This document shows, piece after piece, positions 18,963 to 29,652 of a DNA stretch of 64,000 nt. Source of the DNA: Candidatus Latescibacterota bacterium (lineage in GTDB: Bacteria; Latescibacterota; UBA2968; GCA-2709665). Numbering within the stretch: position 1 is the first letter of the stretch; each line of letters starts with the position of its first letter. Location of the stretch: assembly GCA_965219995.1 (NCBI GenBank), contig CBDCOX010000002.1, positions 4,320,001 through 4,384,000 on the forward strand, in the 5' to 3' direction. The position numbers and the translations under genes are program-made. The notes beneath the pieces are model-generated. The model was given only the letters and a program-made list of their open reading frames with translations, searched no databases and was not told where the DNA came from.

Positions 18963-20873
18963 TCAATCGCTTGAAGGCAGGTTGTATTTCTTCAACTTCC
19001 GGTACAGTGTGGCACGGCCGAGACCCAGCGCACGGGCCGCCTCGGTGACGTTGTTGGCCGAGACTTCAAGCGCGTGGACCAGGGCCTGCCGCTCGACTTC
19101 CTCCAGCGGCAGGACCGCCGTCGGCGCCGCCGGGTCTCTTCGGGAGTCTACGATGGGCGAGAGTTGCGATGGGAGGTTGTTCACCTGCAGCACGTCCGAG
19201 GTCTCCAGCAACACGGCCCGTTCGATGGCGTTCTCGAGTTCGCGGACGTTGCCCGGCCAGTCGTATTGCAGCATCAGCCGCAACGAGGCGGTGGAGATGC
19301 CGCTGATGGATTTATCGGCCTTTTCCGTGTGTTTCTCAAGGAAGTGTTTTGCCAGCAACGGGATATCCTCACGACGTTCTCTCAGAGGCGGAATCTCGAT
19401 CGGGAAAACGGAAACCCGGTAGAACAGGTCTTCGCGGAAGGCCCCCTCCTTAACCGCGGCTTCGAGATTCCTGTTGGTGGCCGCGACCAGCCGGACGTCG
19501 ACGGAGATGGGGGTGGAACTGCCGACCCGCTGTACCTCGCGTTCCTGAAGAAATCGCAAGAGCTTGGTCTGCAGCGACACGTGCATGTCTCCGATCTCGT
19601 CCAGAAAGACCGTTCCGCCGTCGGCTCGCTCGAATATGCCGGCCCTGCGCTTCGTCGCCCCGGTGAAAGCTCCCTGTTCGTGTCCGAACAGTTCGCTTTC
19701 GATGAGCGCCTCGGGTATGGCGGCGCAGTTGATGGCCAGGAACGGCGCATCCTTTCTCAAACTGTTGAAGTGAAACGACTTCGCGACCAGTTCCTTACCC
19801 GTACCGCTCTCGCCCTCAATCAGTACTGTAATATCGCTTTCGGCCGCCTGCTTCACCAGTGCGTACACCTGCTGCATCGGCGCGCTGGCGCCGACCATAC
19901 CGGAAAAGGAGTAGGTCGTCTCCAGTTCGGTGCGCAAGCGAAGGACTTCGGCCTTCATCTGCTCGACCTCGATCTCTCTGGACACATCGCGGTACACGTA
20001 GAGATCGCCGATGACGTCTCCCTGAACATCGCACACCGGGGCGACGGACCGATAGTAGAGCCGCTCTCTGGGCACCTGGCCTTCAGAGGTCTTTTCTACC
20101 AGCTTACCCGATCCCCCGAGGACGAACTTCCCCGCCACGTCGGGCAGGTCGGGTTCACGGAATTTCTCTTTGAATCGCGCCATGAAGGCTTTCGGCGACA
20201 TTTTCTTCAATTCGCTCTTCGTCAGGTCGAGCACGCTCTCGTACCTTCGGTTGGAAAACACCAGATTCCCGTCGACGTCGTACATGGCAAGGGCGTCTCC
20301 GGTCGCATCGAGCACGGCTTCGAGCCGTTGATGGCTTCCGGTCAGATCTCTTTGTTTTTGCGCCAGTTCCTGTTCGACGTTCCACTTTCCGACCAGAGAC
20401 AGCGTGATCTGCTGGATTTCCTCGCGCGAAAATGGCTTGCGGATGTAGAGCAGCTTGTGGAGCAGTTCCATGTCGTGGATGATTTCGGGCAGAGTCTTGT
20501 CGGTATAGGCTGTCATAATGACAACTTCAATGTGGCGGTCGATCTCTCTCATCCGGCGGATCGTCTCAATGCCATCGATTCCCGGAGGCATTCTGATGTC
20601 GACGAACGCGACGGCAATGGGGCGATCGGATTCCTGTGCCGCCTTGATGATTTCGAAGGCTTCTTCTCCCCGGTGGGCGTGAAGGAGTTCGAATTCCGGC
20701 AGAAATGCCTCGGTTTCCTTTTGCGTGAACGCCGCGGCCAGCTCATCTGAAACCGTCGTCATGAATCTGGGCTTCAACATTTCCACAAAGTCGTCGTGAA
20801 TCTCCTGCTGGTCGTCGACAATCAGCACGCGACGGCTGCCTGGATACCTTAGTTCCATCGAGTTCTCCTGCAT
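18963..20873 (-). CDS. sigma54-dependent response regulator (REC-PAS-AAA+-Fis HTH)
   Basis: VLIVDD...FVDIRMPPG receiver, PAS-like segment, [38 protein letters not shown]. Confidence 0.93.
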   Translation of the reverse strand: MQENSMELRYPGSRRVLIVDDQQEIHDDFVEMLKPRFMTTVSDELAAAFTQKETEAFLPEFELLHAHRGEEAFEIIKAAQESDRPIAVAFVDIRMPPGIDGIETIRRMREIDRHIEVVIMTAYTDKTLPEIIHDMELLHKLLYIRKPFSREEIQQITLSLVGKWNVEQELAQKQRDLTGSHQRLEAVLDATGDALAMYDVDGNLVFSNRRYESVLDLTKSELKKMSPKAFMARFKEKFREPDLPDVAGKFVLGGSGKLVEKTSEGQVPRERLYYRSVAPVCDVQGDVIGDLYVYRDVSREIEVEQMKAEVLRLRTELETTYSFSGMVGASAPMQQVYALVKQAAESDITVLIEGESGTGKELVAKSFHFNSLRKDAPFLAINCAAIPEALIESELFGHEQGAFTGATKRRAGIFERADGGTVFLDEIGDMHVSLQTKLLRFLQEREVQRVGSSTPISVDVRLVAATNRNLEAAVKEGAFREDLFYRVSVFPIEIPPLRERREDIPLLAKHFLEKHTEKADKSISGISTASLRLMLQYDWPGNVRELENAIERAVLLETSDVLQVNNLPSQLSPIVDSRRDPAAPTAVLPLEEVERQALVHALEVSANNVTEAARALGLGRATLYRKLKKYNLPSSD

Positions 20874-20920
20874 GTCATGGATGCGTTACACTTTAAGTAT
20901 TCGTCTGCTCGACCTCACCA

Positions 20921-23900
20921 CTACGTTGCGGATTCGGACGTCAACGAGGGAAACTCGACGCTGTCTGAAGTTTTCAGCGCGACCGACGCCAGCCTCAGTT
21001 TGACGCGCATGGTGGTTCCTCTACCTGCGCCGTCGCTGACGGGATAGATTTCGCCTCCCGAACCGATAATGAAGTTGGCGATGGAGTGAAGGCCCAGACC
21101 GCTTCCCGATTTCTTGGTCGTGTAACCGGCGGCAAAGATGATCCGCTGGCGTTTTTCCTCGATACCAATGCCGGTGTCCAGGACATCGATGACGAGGAAT
21201 TCCTCTTCGACGTAGGACTTGATGTGAATGGCGGGCTTCACCGCGGGTCCGTCGGAATCTTTGAGGTCGTCGATGGCCTCTACGGCGTTCTTGACCAGAT
21301 TGACCAGCATCTGATGAAAACGGCTCTCCTGAATCCGGATCTCGGCAGGCGCGTTTTCGCAGTCGACGCGCACGTCAATCCCTCTCCTGGCGATCGAATC
21401 CTGGAGCAGCTTGAGGGCTTCGGCAATTGCCTTCTTGAGATTGACGTCTTTGCGCACCAGGGCTTCGGTGCCGAGCGACCGCTGCGTTCGAATGATATCG
21501 ACGATGTGAGTCACCCTGTTTTCAACGCGTTCGACGGTCTGCGTCAACAGTTCGTTTTGTGTGACGAAGTCCTGCGATAGTCCAAGAATGAACGGCAGCA
21601 CCTGTTGGCCCTGCGGGTCCGATTTCAGATACCCGATCCAATCGTCCCGATGCGCTTCAATGGCCTCCGCAAGGGCGGTCAGCCGGTTCACCAGCTCGTT
21701 GTCCGCCATCTGCTCGTGAATCGTGCCCATTCCCGTGGCCACGCTGTTGATCGCGTTGCCGATGTTGTGGACGATGGTGTCGACGATTTCCAGCCGCCCT
21801 TGCGCGAACGCCTGAGAAAGGGCCTCGTCCGCGCGCATGCGCTCGGTCACGTCTCGGAAGACGATCACCCCGCCCTTGGCGATCCCTGTATGGTCCTGCA
21901 GCGGCCTCCCGCTGACGCTGATGTAGACGCCTTCCGGCACGTTCGGATTGCGGATGAACATTTCCACTTCATTGGAGGATTCGCCCCGGATGGCGCGTAC
22001 CAGCGGAAGTTCGTCCGCCGGATAGGTCGTCTCCCGGTCCGGAAAGAAGATTCCGTATCGATCCGACCATTCGGAAGGGCCCGATTCCGTCGCGCCGATG
22101 CCGACGATGCGCTCTGCGCTGGGATTGAAGATAGTAAAATCGCCATGTTCATCGGCGACAACCACCCCGTCGCTGATCGAGTTGAAAATGGTCTCCATGG
22201 CATGGGCCTGCGTCCGGAGGTCGTCGGCTGTCCGTTTCAGCTTTCGCTCCGCTTCCTTGATCTCGGTCACGTCCCTGAAGGTGGACACGGCACCCGTGAT
22301 GGCATTGGAATCGCCCCGCAATGGTCTCCCATTGACGCTGATGTAGACTCCCCCCGGATTTTCCCTGTTGCGTACGAGAAACTCCACGCCATCCGAAGAC
22401 TCACCGCGGACGGCGCGCACAAGCGGTAGATCCTCCTCCGGCAGGACCATTTTTCCATCCAGGGCGAAGATGCCGTACGAATCGGACCATCGTGAAAAGT
22501 CGGTATCCGGAACGTGTTTGCCGAGTATGCGTTCCGCACTGGGATTGAAAATCAGGGTTTTCTTACTCTCATCGATTACGATCACACCGTCGCTGATGCT
22601 GTTGAAAACCGTCTCCATGAGATGGGCTTGTTCTTCCAGGTGGCGGACTGTTTGCCTCAATTCCGAATCCGTCGCCTTTTGCGCCGTCACGTCCCGGAGT
22701 ACGATGACGCCGCCTTCGATCAGACCCGATTCGTCCTGCAGCGGTCTCCCGCTGACACTGATAAATACACCGTCCGGTCGCGCCTCGTTGCGGATGAATA
22801 ACTCAACGTCGTCCGTTTTTTCCCCTCGCATGGCGCGCACGAGCGGAAGCTCATCGGATTGGACGGGTGTCTTCCGGTCCGGATAGAACGTCCCGTAGGT
22901 CTCGGCCCATTCATCGGAGGGCGTTACCGTGGGCCCCATGCCGACAATGTCCTCTGCGCGGGGATTGACGAACAGGAATTCACCGTCCTTATCGGTTACC
23001 ACGACGCCATCGCTGACGCTTCTGAACACCGTCTCCATGAGCAGGGCCTGTCTCTTCAGCTCGTTGATGTTTTCCATCAATTCGGCTTCCTGCTGTTTGT
23101 ACTTGGTGATATCGCTGAAAACAACCACGCCGGCCTTGACCGCGCCTGCGGCGCCGTTTTCGCCGGGAATAAATCGACCTTTCGCGCTTACGTAGGTACC
23201 CTCCGGCTTTTCCTTGTTTCGCACGAAAAATTCCAGATTGTCCGTGGACTCTCCTTGAACGGCGCGTACGAGGGGTAGCTGATCCGTCGGAACGCGTGTC
23301 TTCCGGTCGAGACGGAACGCGCCGTAAAGCTCCGACCATTCATCCGGATTCGAATCCACCAGTCCCAGGCCGAGAATCCGCTCCGCGCTGGGATTGAACA
23401 GAAGGAGTTTTCCGTTCCCGTCGGCGACAACGACGCCCTCATCCATATTGTCGAATACCGTTTTCATGAGTTGGCTTCGGTCGTGCAGTTCCGAGACCGT
23501 CTGTTCCAATCGGGATTCGGTTGCGGTGATCTGCTCCAGCGCGCGCTCCAGTTGTCTCCGCTCATTATCGAGCTGTTCGTTGTTGGCCAGCAGGTTGGCA
23601 TACAGACGCTGGCTGGATGATTCGTGGCCCCACGCGATAATTGAAACGAAGACATAGCAGACGAGGAACCTGATGCTCAGCTCGGTCTCGTAGACGAACG
23701 TACCGGCCAACCCCGGCGCCAGCAACAACACGGCCACACCGAGAAAGAAGAACCCTGTCAGGATTCCGCCCTCGCGTCTGCCCAGGAAAAAGAAAAACAG
23801 CAAGGGCATCAGGAGGTGAAAATAGAGGAAGTTCTGGGCGAGTGCGGCGAGCCAAAGCAGCCCGATCCCGACTCCCAGGAGAACGATGCGATAGGCTTTT

Positions 23901-24097
23901 CGAGGCTCAACGCCCAGCAGGAGTCCGGCAATACAGCCCGCCACGAGCATCGCCATGAGATTGTGAATCCACATCGACGTTACGTCGCCGCCCAGGTAGT
24001 TTCGAACTGAATATCCGACAAGGACCATCAATCCAACCGTGCAGGCGACAATGAAAACCTGTTTCTGGTGCCGGACTTGCGCGCTCCTGGACTCCAT
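20921..24097 (-). CDS. Membrane-bound histidine kinase with four PAS domains
   Basis: N-terminal TM segments; four METVF.S.SDGVVV.D repeats; H-box HNIGN; NLVKNA, DTGIG, TTK, GSGLGL. ATG 24097 has a GGAGG RBS. Confidence 0.9.
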   Translation of the reverse strand: MESRSAQVRHQKQVFIVACTVGLMVLVGYSVRNYLGGDVTSMWIHNLMAMLVAGCIAGLLLGVEPRKAYRIVLLGVGIGLLWLAALAQNFLYFHLLMPLLFFFFLGRREGGILTGFFFLGVAVLLLAPGLAGTFVYETELSIRFLVCYVFVSIIAWGHESSSQRLYANLLANNEQLDNERRQLERALEQITATESRLEQTVSELHDRSQLMKTVFDNMDEGVVVADGNGKLLLFNPSAERILGLGLVDSNPDEWSELYGAFRLDRKTRVPTDQLPLVRAVQGESTDNLEFFVRNKEKPEGTYVSAKGRFIPGENGAAGAVKAGVVVFSDITKYKQQEAELMENINELKRQALLMETVFRSVSDGVVVTDKDGEFLFVNPRAEDIVGMGPTVTPSDEWAETYGTFYPDRKTPVQSDELPLVRAMRGEKTDDVELFIRNEARPDGVFISVSGRPLQDESGLIEGGVIVLRDVTAQKATDSELRQTVRHLEEQAHLMETVFNSISDGVIVIDESKKTLIFNPSAERILGKHVPDTDFSRWSDSYGIFALDGKMVLPEEDLPLVRAVRGESSDGVEFLVRNRENPGGVYISVNGRPLRGDSNAITGAVSTFRDVTEIKEAERKLKRTADDLRTQAHAMETIFNSISDGVVVADEHGDFTIFNPSAERIVGIGATESGPSEWSDRYGIFFPDRETTYPADELPLVRAIRGESSNEVEMFIRNPNVPEGVYISVSGRPLQDHTGIAKGGVIVFRDVTERMRADEALSQAFAQGRLEIVDTIVHNIGNAINSVATGMGTIHEQMADNELVNRLTALAEAIEAHRDDWIGYLKSDPQGQQVLPFILGLSQDFVTQNELLTQTVERVENRVTHIVDIIRTQRSLGTEALVRKDVNLKKAIAEALKLLQDSIARRGIDVRVDCENAPAEIRIQESRFHQMLVNLVKNAVEAIDDLKDSDGPAVKPAIHIKSYVEEEFLVIDVLDTGIGIEEKRQRIIFAAGYTTKKSGSGLGLHSIANFIIGSGGEIYPVSDGAGRGTTMRVKLRLASVALKTSDSVEFPSLTSESAT

Positions 24098-24430
24098 TTT
24101 CGTTTTCCTCCACGATCCGGCCTGAAAGGTGGCAGACGTCAGCCAACGGGTATATCCGGTCGCTTCCGCACCGGGGCACAAAACCACGGGTGGTAGAGAA
24201 TGCAGACGCACCGTTCAGATTGAGGATGTAAACATAACGATTTTTTGTTGATTTATTGTTGAAATTATCGGCATTTTCGCTGATTTTATGATGATTTTTA
24301 GTGCATTTTGCCCAGGTAGGTCCACAATTTGCAGAACGCACGTGGAATTCGGTGGCCGAGTTGCAGGACGACGTTGAGACAGGAAGAACGCATGTGAGCG
24401 ACGGTCGATGCGTTGGAGGGGCGACCACGA

Positions 24431-24630
24431 TGCACAACCGCGACGACGACGCATGCGGTCACACTCCGGGAAAGCGTCTGCAAGGGTGGGGCAGACATTC
24501 CTGTCTGCCTGCATCGATGTCTCTCCAGCGGGATGGCGAAATCTGAAGGAATTATTCGTGCAGGGAGGATAGGGTAGGGAGGACTACCGTCAGGGAACGG
24601 AGAGAGGCTTCCCCATTTCCTGATGCGCAT
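24431..24630. repeat. ~200-bp direct repeat, copy 1, with REP-like palindrome (24486-24509)
   Basis: GTGG-GGCAGACA-TTCC-TGTCTGCC; aligns with 24766-24966. Confidence 0.75.
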
Positions 24631-24765
24631 CTGACCGGCGAATTCTGGCTGGGAACGCGTGAATCGGCCTGCGCCGGCTTGCCGGACCGGGGGCAGGGTT
24701 CGATGATGCAGTCGGCGATGTCAAGCGCGCGTCTGAATTTCAATTATCCTGGCGCGGCTTCGCTT

Positions 24766-24966
24766 TGCACAACCGCGACGCCAACACCCGAGCTCACACT
24801 CCGAAGAAGCGTCTACGAGGGTGGTGCAGACATTCCTGTCTGCCTGCATCGTTGAATTTCTGCTGGGATGGAGACATCTGAACGAACTATTCGCGCCAGA
24901 GGAATGGCGCAGGAGGGATTTCCGTCTGGGAACGGAGATTGGCTTCCCCGATTCCGGATGCAACTC
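24766..24966. repeat. ~200-bp direct repeat, copy 2, with REP-like palindrome (24821-24844)
   Basis: GTGG-TGCAGACA-TTCC-TGTCTGCC; offset 335 bp from copy 1. Confidence 0.75.
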
Positions 24967-25021
24967 AAGCGGTTTGAGATAGAGCACGAACGGCTCGTGA
25001 TTCGCGAAATTCCAACTGCCG

Positions 25022-25465
25022 TTAATCACCCGACCGAGCGAAGATAAACCCCATACCAAGGAATCCCAATATCGTTCCGATTGCCACGCCCCAGAAAAAA
25101 ACAAGCGAGTTACGTGCCACGCCGCGGTATTCGATGCTGACGATGTCAGTATAACGCAATGTAAACCCCCGTCGGTCGTTACCACGGGCAAAGGAAGTGA
25201 ACGGGACAACAGTCAGCGACGTGTGCCCGATTTCCTCAATGACGCACTCGATAACTCGACCCGTGATCGGCGCTCGGGTACCCGCCTGAACAGTTATCCT
25301 TACCCGCATGCCCACGGTAAGTTTCCCCAGAACCTGGTCTCGTATCAAAGCTTGTTTGCTGTCCTCAGCGACCTCATTCACGCGGGCCAGGGGTCGCCAG
25401 GCACTGCATCCGACCGTCTGCAAAGAAATCACAATGATCAGGACGATACTGATGCCGCGTATCAT
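25022..25465 (-). CDS. Putative lipoprotein, tandem paralog 5/5
   Basis: Signal peptide with lipobox-like TVGC, SAWRPLAR, beta-rich core and C-terminal Gly-rich TM helix. Confidence 0.85.
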   Translation of the reverse strand: MIRGISIVLIIVISLQTVGCSAWRPLARVNEVAEDSKQALIRDQVLGKLTVGMRVRITVQAGTRAPITGRVIECVIEEIGHTSLTVVPFTSFARGNDRRGFTLRYTDIVSIEYRGVARNSLVFFWGVAIGTILGFLGMGFIFARSGD

Positions 25466-25626
25466 CTTTCGGCCCCTTTAAATAAAGACATTGTTACGGC
25501 ATTGTTTTTGGCTTCTCGGGCGGTTCACCCTCGCGACGATGAGGAAACCCCGGACGTTTGCAGGGTGGTCGCAAACGGGCTGTGCCGCCAGACCGGCACG
25601 TCTGGAGCTGCTGGGCAGATGGTTTG

Positions 25627-26073
25627 TCAGTCCAACTCGATCCCTGAGAGTGCCCAATAGAAAAGAATAAAACCCAATGCCACTCCGACGCCAAGGCCCA
25701 GCATGAGAACCTCCGAACCATCCGATTCACGATATTCGATGCTGACGATGTCAGAATATTTCAACGTCAACTTCCGATCGACATTATCAGGGTAGACAAA
25801 TTTCGCCGAAGCGATTACTGTCAGCGACGTTGGACCGGCTTTTTCAATAACACATTCGACAAATTGACCGATGACCGGCGCGCGGGTACCCTCCGAAATC
25901 CGAATCCTTACAGCCATACCCTCTTTGAGTTTACCGACAACCTGGTCTCGCATGGATGACTGTCTTTCATCCTCTGGGACCTCGCTCACACGAGCCAGGG
26001 GTCGCCAGGCGCTGCATCCAACCGATTGCAGCGCAATCGCTACGATCAGGACCAAACTGATGACGCGTGTCAT
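25627..26073 (-). CDS. Putative lipoprotein, tandem paralog 4/5
   Basis: Internal ATG (MTRVISLVL...SVGCSAWRPLAR) of ORF 25627..26280 aligns with the paralog starts; AAGGA RBS. Confidence 0.85.
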   Translation of the reverse strand: MTRVISLVLIVAIALQSVGCSAWRPLARVSEVPEDERQSSMRDQVVGKLKEGMAVRIRISEGTRAPVIGQFVECVIEKAGPTSLTVIASAKFVYPDNVDRKLTLKYSDIVSIEYRESDGSEVLMLGLGVGVALGFILFYWALSGIELD

Positions 26074-26237
26074 TTCGTGTCCTTTCAAAAGGCGGCACAT
26101 ACGGATCATTGATCCAGGCCACAGAGGCTCTTCGTCTTCGCGGCGAACCGGAAACTCCGGACTGACGATTGCGGGGAGGTCGCGATTGAGGTGCCGCAGA
26201 CATCGTGGCACTTCAGCTGATCGGGAAAACCAATCTG

Positions 26238-26684
26238 TTAGTCCTGCTCGATTCCAGAAAGTCCAATAAGAAGGAGCCAATAACCGAATATCGTTCCGAT
26301 TGCGACGCCTGCTACAATGACTGTTGAACCACGAGCCGATTCACGATACTCGATGCTGGCGATTTTGGAATAATGAAACGTCAGCTCTCTGCGCACATTT
26401 CCAGGGGCATAAAACGTGAAAGGAGTTACGGTCAGCGAATCCTGACCGATCTCTTTAATAATACACTCGATAACTTGACCCTTCGTCGGCGCATGGGTAC
26501 CCTCACGAATTCTTACCCTTACAGCCATACCCTCTTTGAGTCTCCCCAGAACCTGGTTTCGTACCGATGATTGACTGTCATCCTCCGCGACTGCGTTCGC
26601 GCGTGCAAGAGGTCGCCAGGTACTGCACCCGACGGTCTGCAGTGCGATCGCTGCGATCAGGACGATACTGATGACGCGCGTCAT
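26238..26684 (-). CDS. Putative lipoprotein, tandem paralog 3/5
   Basis: MTRVISIVL...TVGCSTWRPLAR; GAGGAG RBS. Confidence 0.85.
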   Translation of the reverse strand: MTRVISIVLIAAIALQTVGCSTWRPLARANAVAEDDSQSSVRNQVLGRLKEGMAVRVRIREGTHAPTKGQVIECIIKEIGQDSLTVTPFTFYAPGNVRRELTFHYSKIASIEYRESARGSTVIVAGVAIGTIFGYWLLLIGLSGIEQD

Positions 26685-26850
26685 TCCAAGGGCTCCTCAC
26701 ATTTCGACACTGTGGCGGAATTTTTTCAGTCGCGCCGGTGCAGTTCGACTCCGCGGCGCTAAGGGAACCGCGGTCGGACGGTCGAGGGAATCGTCGCGCC
26801 TGACGCAAGTAGCGATGACTGCACGTTACGTGTCTCGGACAATTGAACCG

Positions 26851-27294
26851 TCATTCGGTATTGGCGAAAGACACGGCAATACCGAAGAAACTCAAGAGCG
26901 CTCCGAAGGCAACACCAGCCAGGAAATCTTCTAATCTGCTGATACGATTCGAGCGATTCTCAATGCTTACGATGTCGGCAAAACGCAATGTAAACTCCCG
27001 TCGGTCATCACCATGGAAATAAGACGGGGACGGAATTACTGTCAGCGTCTTATTCGTGATCCTTTCAATTACTCCCTCGAAAACTCGACCCTTGATCAGC
27101 GTCGTGGTCCCTTCTCGGATCGTAATCCTCACATCCATACCTTTCTCGAGTTTCCCCAGAACTTGCACTCGCATCAAAGACTGTCTTTCGTCTTCTGAAA
27201 CTTCGAACCCGCGAGCCAGGGGTCGCCAGGTACTGCATCCGACGGTCTGTAGAGCCATCGCCACGATCAGGACGATACTGATGGTGCGGTTCAT
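26851..27294 (-). CDS. Putative lipoprotein, tandem paralog 2/5
   Basis: MNRTISIVL...TVGCSTWRPLAR; GAGGTG RBS. Confidence 0.85.
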   Translation of the reverse strand: MNRTISIVLIVAMALQTVGCSTWRPLARGFEVSEDERQSLMRVQVLGKLEKGMDVRITIREGTTTLIKGRVFEGVIERITNKTLTVIPSPSYFHGDDRREFTLRFADIVSIENRSNRISRLEDFLAGVAFGALLSFFGIAVSFANTE

Positions 27295-27459
27295 TCCAAT
27301 ATCACCTCGATTTCAAGGCAGCATGACGGCATCTTTGCAAACCCACAGGGCATTTCGTCGTCGCGGCAACGGATAAACCCCGGTCGGACGGCCGCTGGTG
27401 ATCGCAAGCGGGTTGCACCGCCAGATAGGTACCAAATCAGTTCGTAAGCAGTTGTTTTA

Positions 27460-27894
27460 TCAGTCCAGTTCGATCCCTGAAAGTCCCCAACCGATAAGTA
27501 TCAAACCCAACAATACGCCGACACCAGCGCCAGTAACAAAGGCCCACGTACGATCCGATTCACGATGTTCGATGCTCACGATGTCAGCATAGCGTAACGT
27601 AATCTCAATACCACGGGAAAACGACGAGACCGGCGTCACCGTGAGCGCCGTATGACCGATCTCTTTGATTAAACACTCGATAATACGGCGCTTGATCGGC
27701 GCGCGGGTACCCTCGCGAATTTCTATCCTTACGACCATGCCCTCGGAGAGTTTCCCCAGAACCCGGTCTCGCATCGAATTCTCTTTGCTATCCTCGGTGA
27801 CCTCGTTTGCTCTCGTCAGGGGTCGCCAGGAACTGCATCCGACGGATTGCAGCACTATCGCAGCGATCAGGACGATGCTGATGGCGCGTGTCAT
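27460..27894 (-). CDS. Putative lipoprotein, tandem paralog 1/5
   Basis: MTRAISIVL...SVGCSSWRPLTR; GGAGG RBS. Confidence 0.85.
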   Translation of the reverse strand: MTRAISIVLIAAIVLQSVGCSSWRPLTRANEVTEDSKENSMRDRVLGKLSEGMVVRIEIREGTRAPIKRRIIECLIKEIGHTALTVTPVSSFSRGIEITLRYADIVSIEHRESDRTWAFVTGAGVGVLLGLILIGWGLSGIELD

Positions 27895-28127
27895 TCTGCG
27901 GCCTCCTCAATCCGTGAGCGTCTGAAGGAGTCTGCTTAGAAGCTTAGCGATAGTGTGGCTTTGAGACCTCCGTTTTGTGCAGGTGCGACGCACAGGTCCA
28001 GCAGACGATGCGGCGCAACTTCGATCCATTTGTGCGATTTCGGCGCGGCGCCAACGAGTGTCGAACCAATTAAAATCGGTAAAGAAACACGTACTGCCAC
28101 CTTCCGCGTAATATCCCCTCGACTCCA

Positions 28128-28265
28128 TTCATCTAACGTCTACCCTCTACCGTCTCTGTCTCACCGGTTTTATCGCCCCATGCGGTTTCCTTTATTGCCG
28201 GAGGCATAAAGTAAGAACCAATCTAGCAAGGATGTCCTCTACCGTCTTCCGTCTCACGTCTCACC
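28128..28265. repeat. ~135-bp direct repeat, copy 1, with heptamer-like ends
   Basis: TTCATCTAACGTCTACCCTCTACCGTCTC...GCCGGAGGCATAAAG...; matches 29653-29790. Confidence 0.85.
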
Positions 28266-28341
28266 GCTCTCAGCGTCTTGCCACCTGGGTTGACGATCTG
28301 CCGTCATTGTAATCCCGATATCCGATCGCCCTGGCAGTCGC

Positions 28342-29553
28342 CTAGAAATCTAACGACACCGCGGCTCCGAGGCCTTTGTTTTGCGTTGGTGCGATGCCGA
28401 GGTTGAGTCGCCTCGGCGAAACCTCGATCCATCGGTCGGTTTGTATCGAGTACCCTATGGAGGTCGAACAAACAAACACGGGTACCGATATATAAATCGC
28501 TGTTAATGCGGTAGCATACCTCCTCCATTCCCCGGAGGTCTTCGAGGCATAATAGGCGACAGGCGCGAGTCCAAGCAACAAACCGATAGTCATGCCCTTT
28601 TTCGTATTTCTATGACGACCGATGTATATTTCGAAATCGCGGATCGAAGATATAGGTAACTCAAAAACCTCGTTTCCGGATAGGCCGACGCCCATGACGA
28701 GCGTATCCTGATTCAGGTCGAGCGGCCTTCCAACCACCCAATCCGATCTTGACGCGCCTCGTCCGGCGGAAGGTGACTTTAATCGGATTCTTGGATTCAA
28801 CGGCAGGTGTCGCAGGATCCGCCGCGCATGTCTTATTGCGACGATGTCTCCACGATCCTCGGCGGCGACGATGAAGACAATGTCGTCCAATGCAATCTCT
28901 CCACCGGCCCAGAATCGGTTCCTGCCAGCGAAGCTGGACCTGATTACGAGATGCCGCTCGCGGGTATCCAGAATTCTGACCAGTTCGCCTCGTCTTCCAT
29001 CTTCGAATTCATAGACCATAAATGCATGCCACCCCTTCCTCATCGCAGACAGGTCGATCGTCCCACGCGACATGACGACGAAACGACCGCCGACGCGTCT
29101 CCTCCACCGTTCCAGCGCCGGTCGGTCTTTTGCGACGACAATCGTGTCAATTTCGGCATAGTGTATATGGGTTTTTTCCGGGACCGTCGCCGTGGATATG
29201 ATTTCCATACCATCGGGGTCAACGTTGCGAATGACGCCGGCTGCCGTGTCGGATGCGCCTTTTGACGTGTAGACCACGTGCGCGTAGAAGCCCTTCGCTA
29301 TTTTCGATAGATCCAGGTGCCGCCTCGGCATCACCCAAACGTCCATTTCATAAAGCATTCTGATTAGAATTGCAGCAATCTCCGCAGCGCGCTGTTCCTC
29401 CGACGGCTGCGGTTTCCACGTACTGCCGGCAGCTTTTCGCCAATTAACGCGCATGGTCCGGTTGCCTTGAAGTTCTTGCGCGGCAATCGACAGGCTTGGC
29501 AACAGGATCTGAAACAGGAGTGATGCAATCAACAATACGGCGGTTGGCTTCAT
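28342..29553 (-). CDS. Exported/membrane hypothetical protein with three beta-rich repeats and C-terminal TM helices
   Basis: Signal peptide MKPTAVLL...SIAA/Q with GAGGTG RBS; repeats ending IHYAEIDTI, IALDDIVFI and LPISSIRDF; KGMTIGLLLG helix. Confidence 0.75.
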   Translation of the reverse strand: MKPTAVLLIASLLFQILLPSLSIAAQELQGNRTMRVNWRKAAGSTWKPQPSEEQRAAEIAAILIRMLYEMDVWVMPRRHLDLSKIAKGFYAHVVYTSKGASDTAAGVIRNVDPDGMEIISTATVPEKTHIHYAEIDTIVVAKDRPALERWRRRVGGRFVVMSRGTIDLSAMRKGWHAFMVYEFEDGRRGELVRILDTRERHLVIRSSFAGRNRFWAGGEIALDDIVFIVAAEDRGDIVAIRHARRILRHLPLNPRIRLKSPSAGRGASRSDWVVGRPLDLNQDTLVMGVGLSGNEVFELPISSIRDFEIYIGRHRNTKKGMTIGLLLGLAPVAYYASKTSGEWRRYATALTAIYISVPVFVCSTSIGYSIQTDRWIEVSPRRLNLGIAPTQNKGLGAAVSLDF

Positions 29554-29652
29554 GTGTTCACCTCGCAGAGATACACTTCGCACTGTCCGTATCCAGGAAG
29601 GTACGAACGAAGAGGAAGAAGGAAAAAGGAAGAAATAAGTGGAAATCGCGGT

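Noticed and set aside
25466-27459. Integron attC sites between lipoprotein genes
   Set aside because: No consistent RYYYAAC...GTTRRRY ends or long palindrome, no integrase, and the genes are paralogs rather than unrelated cassettes.
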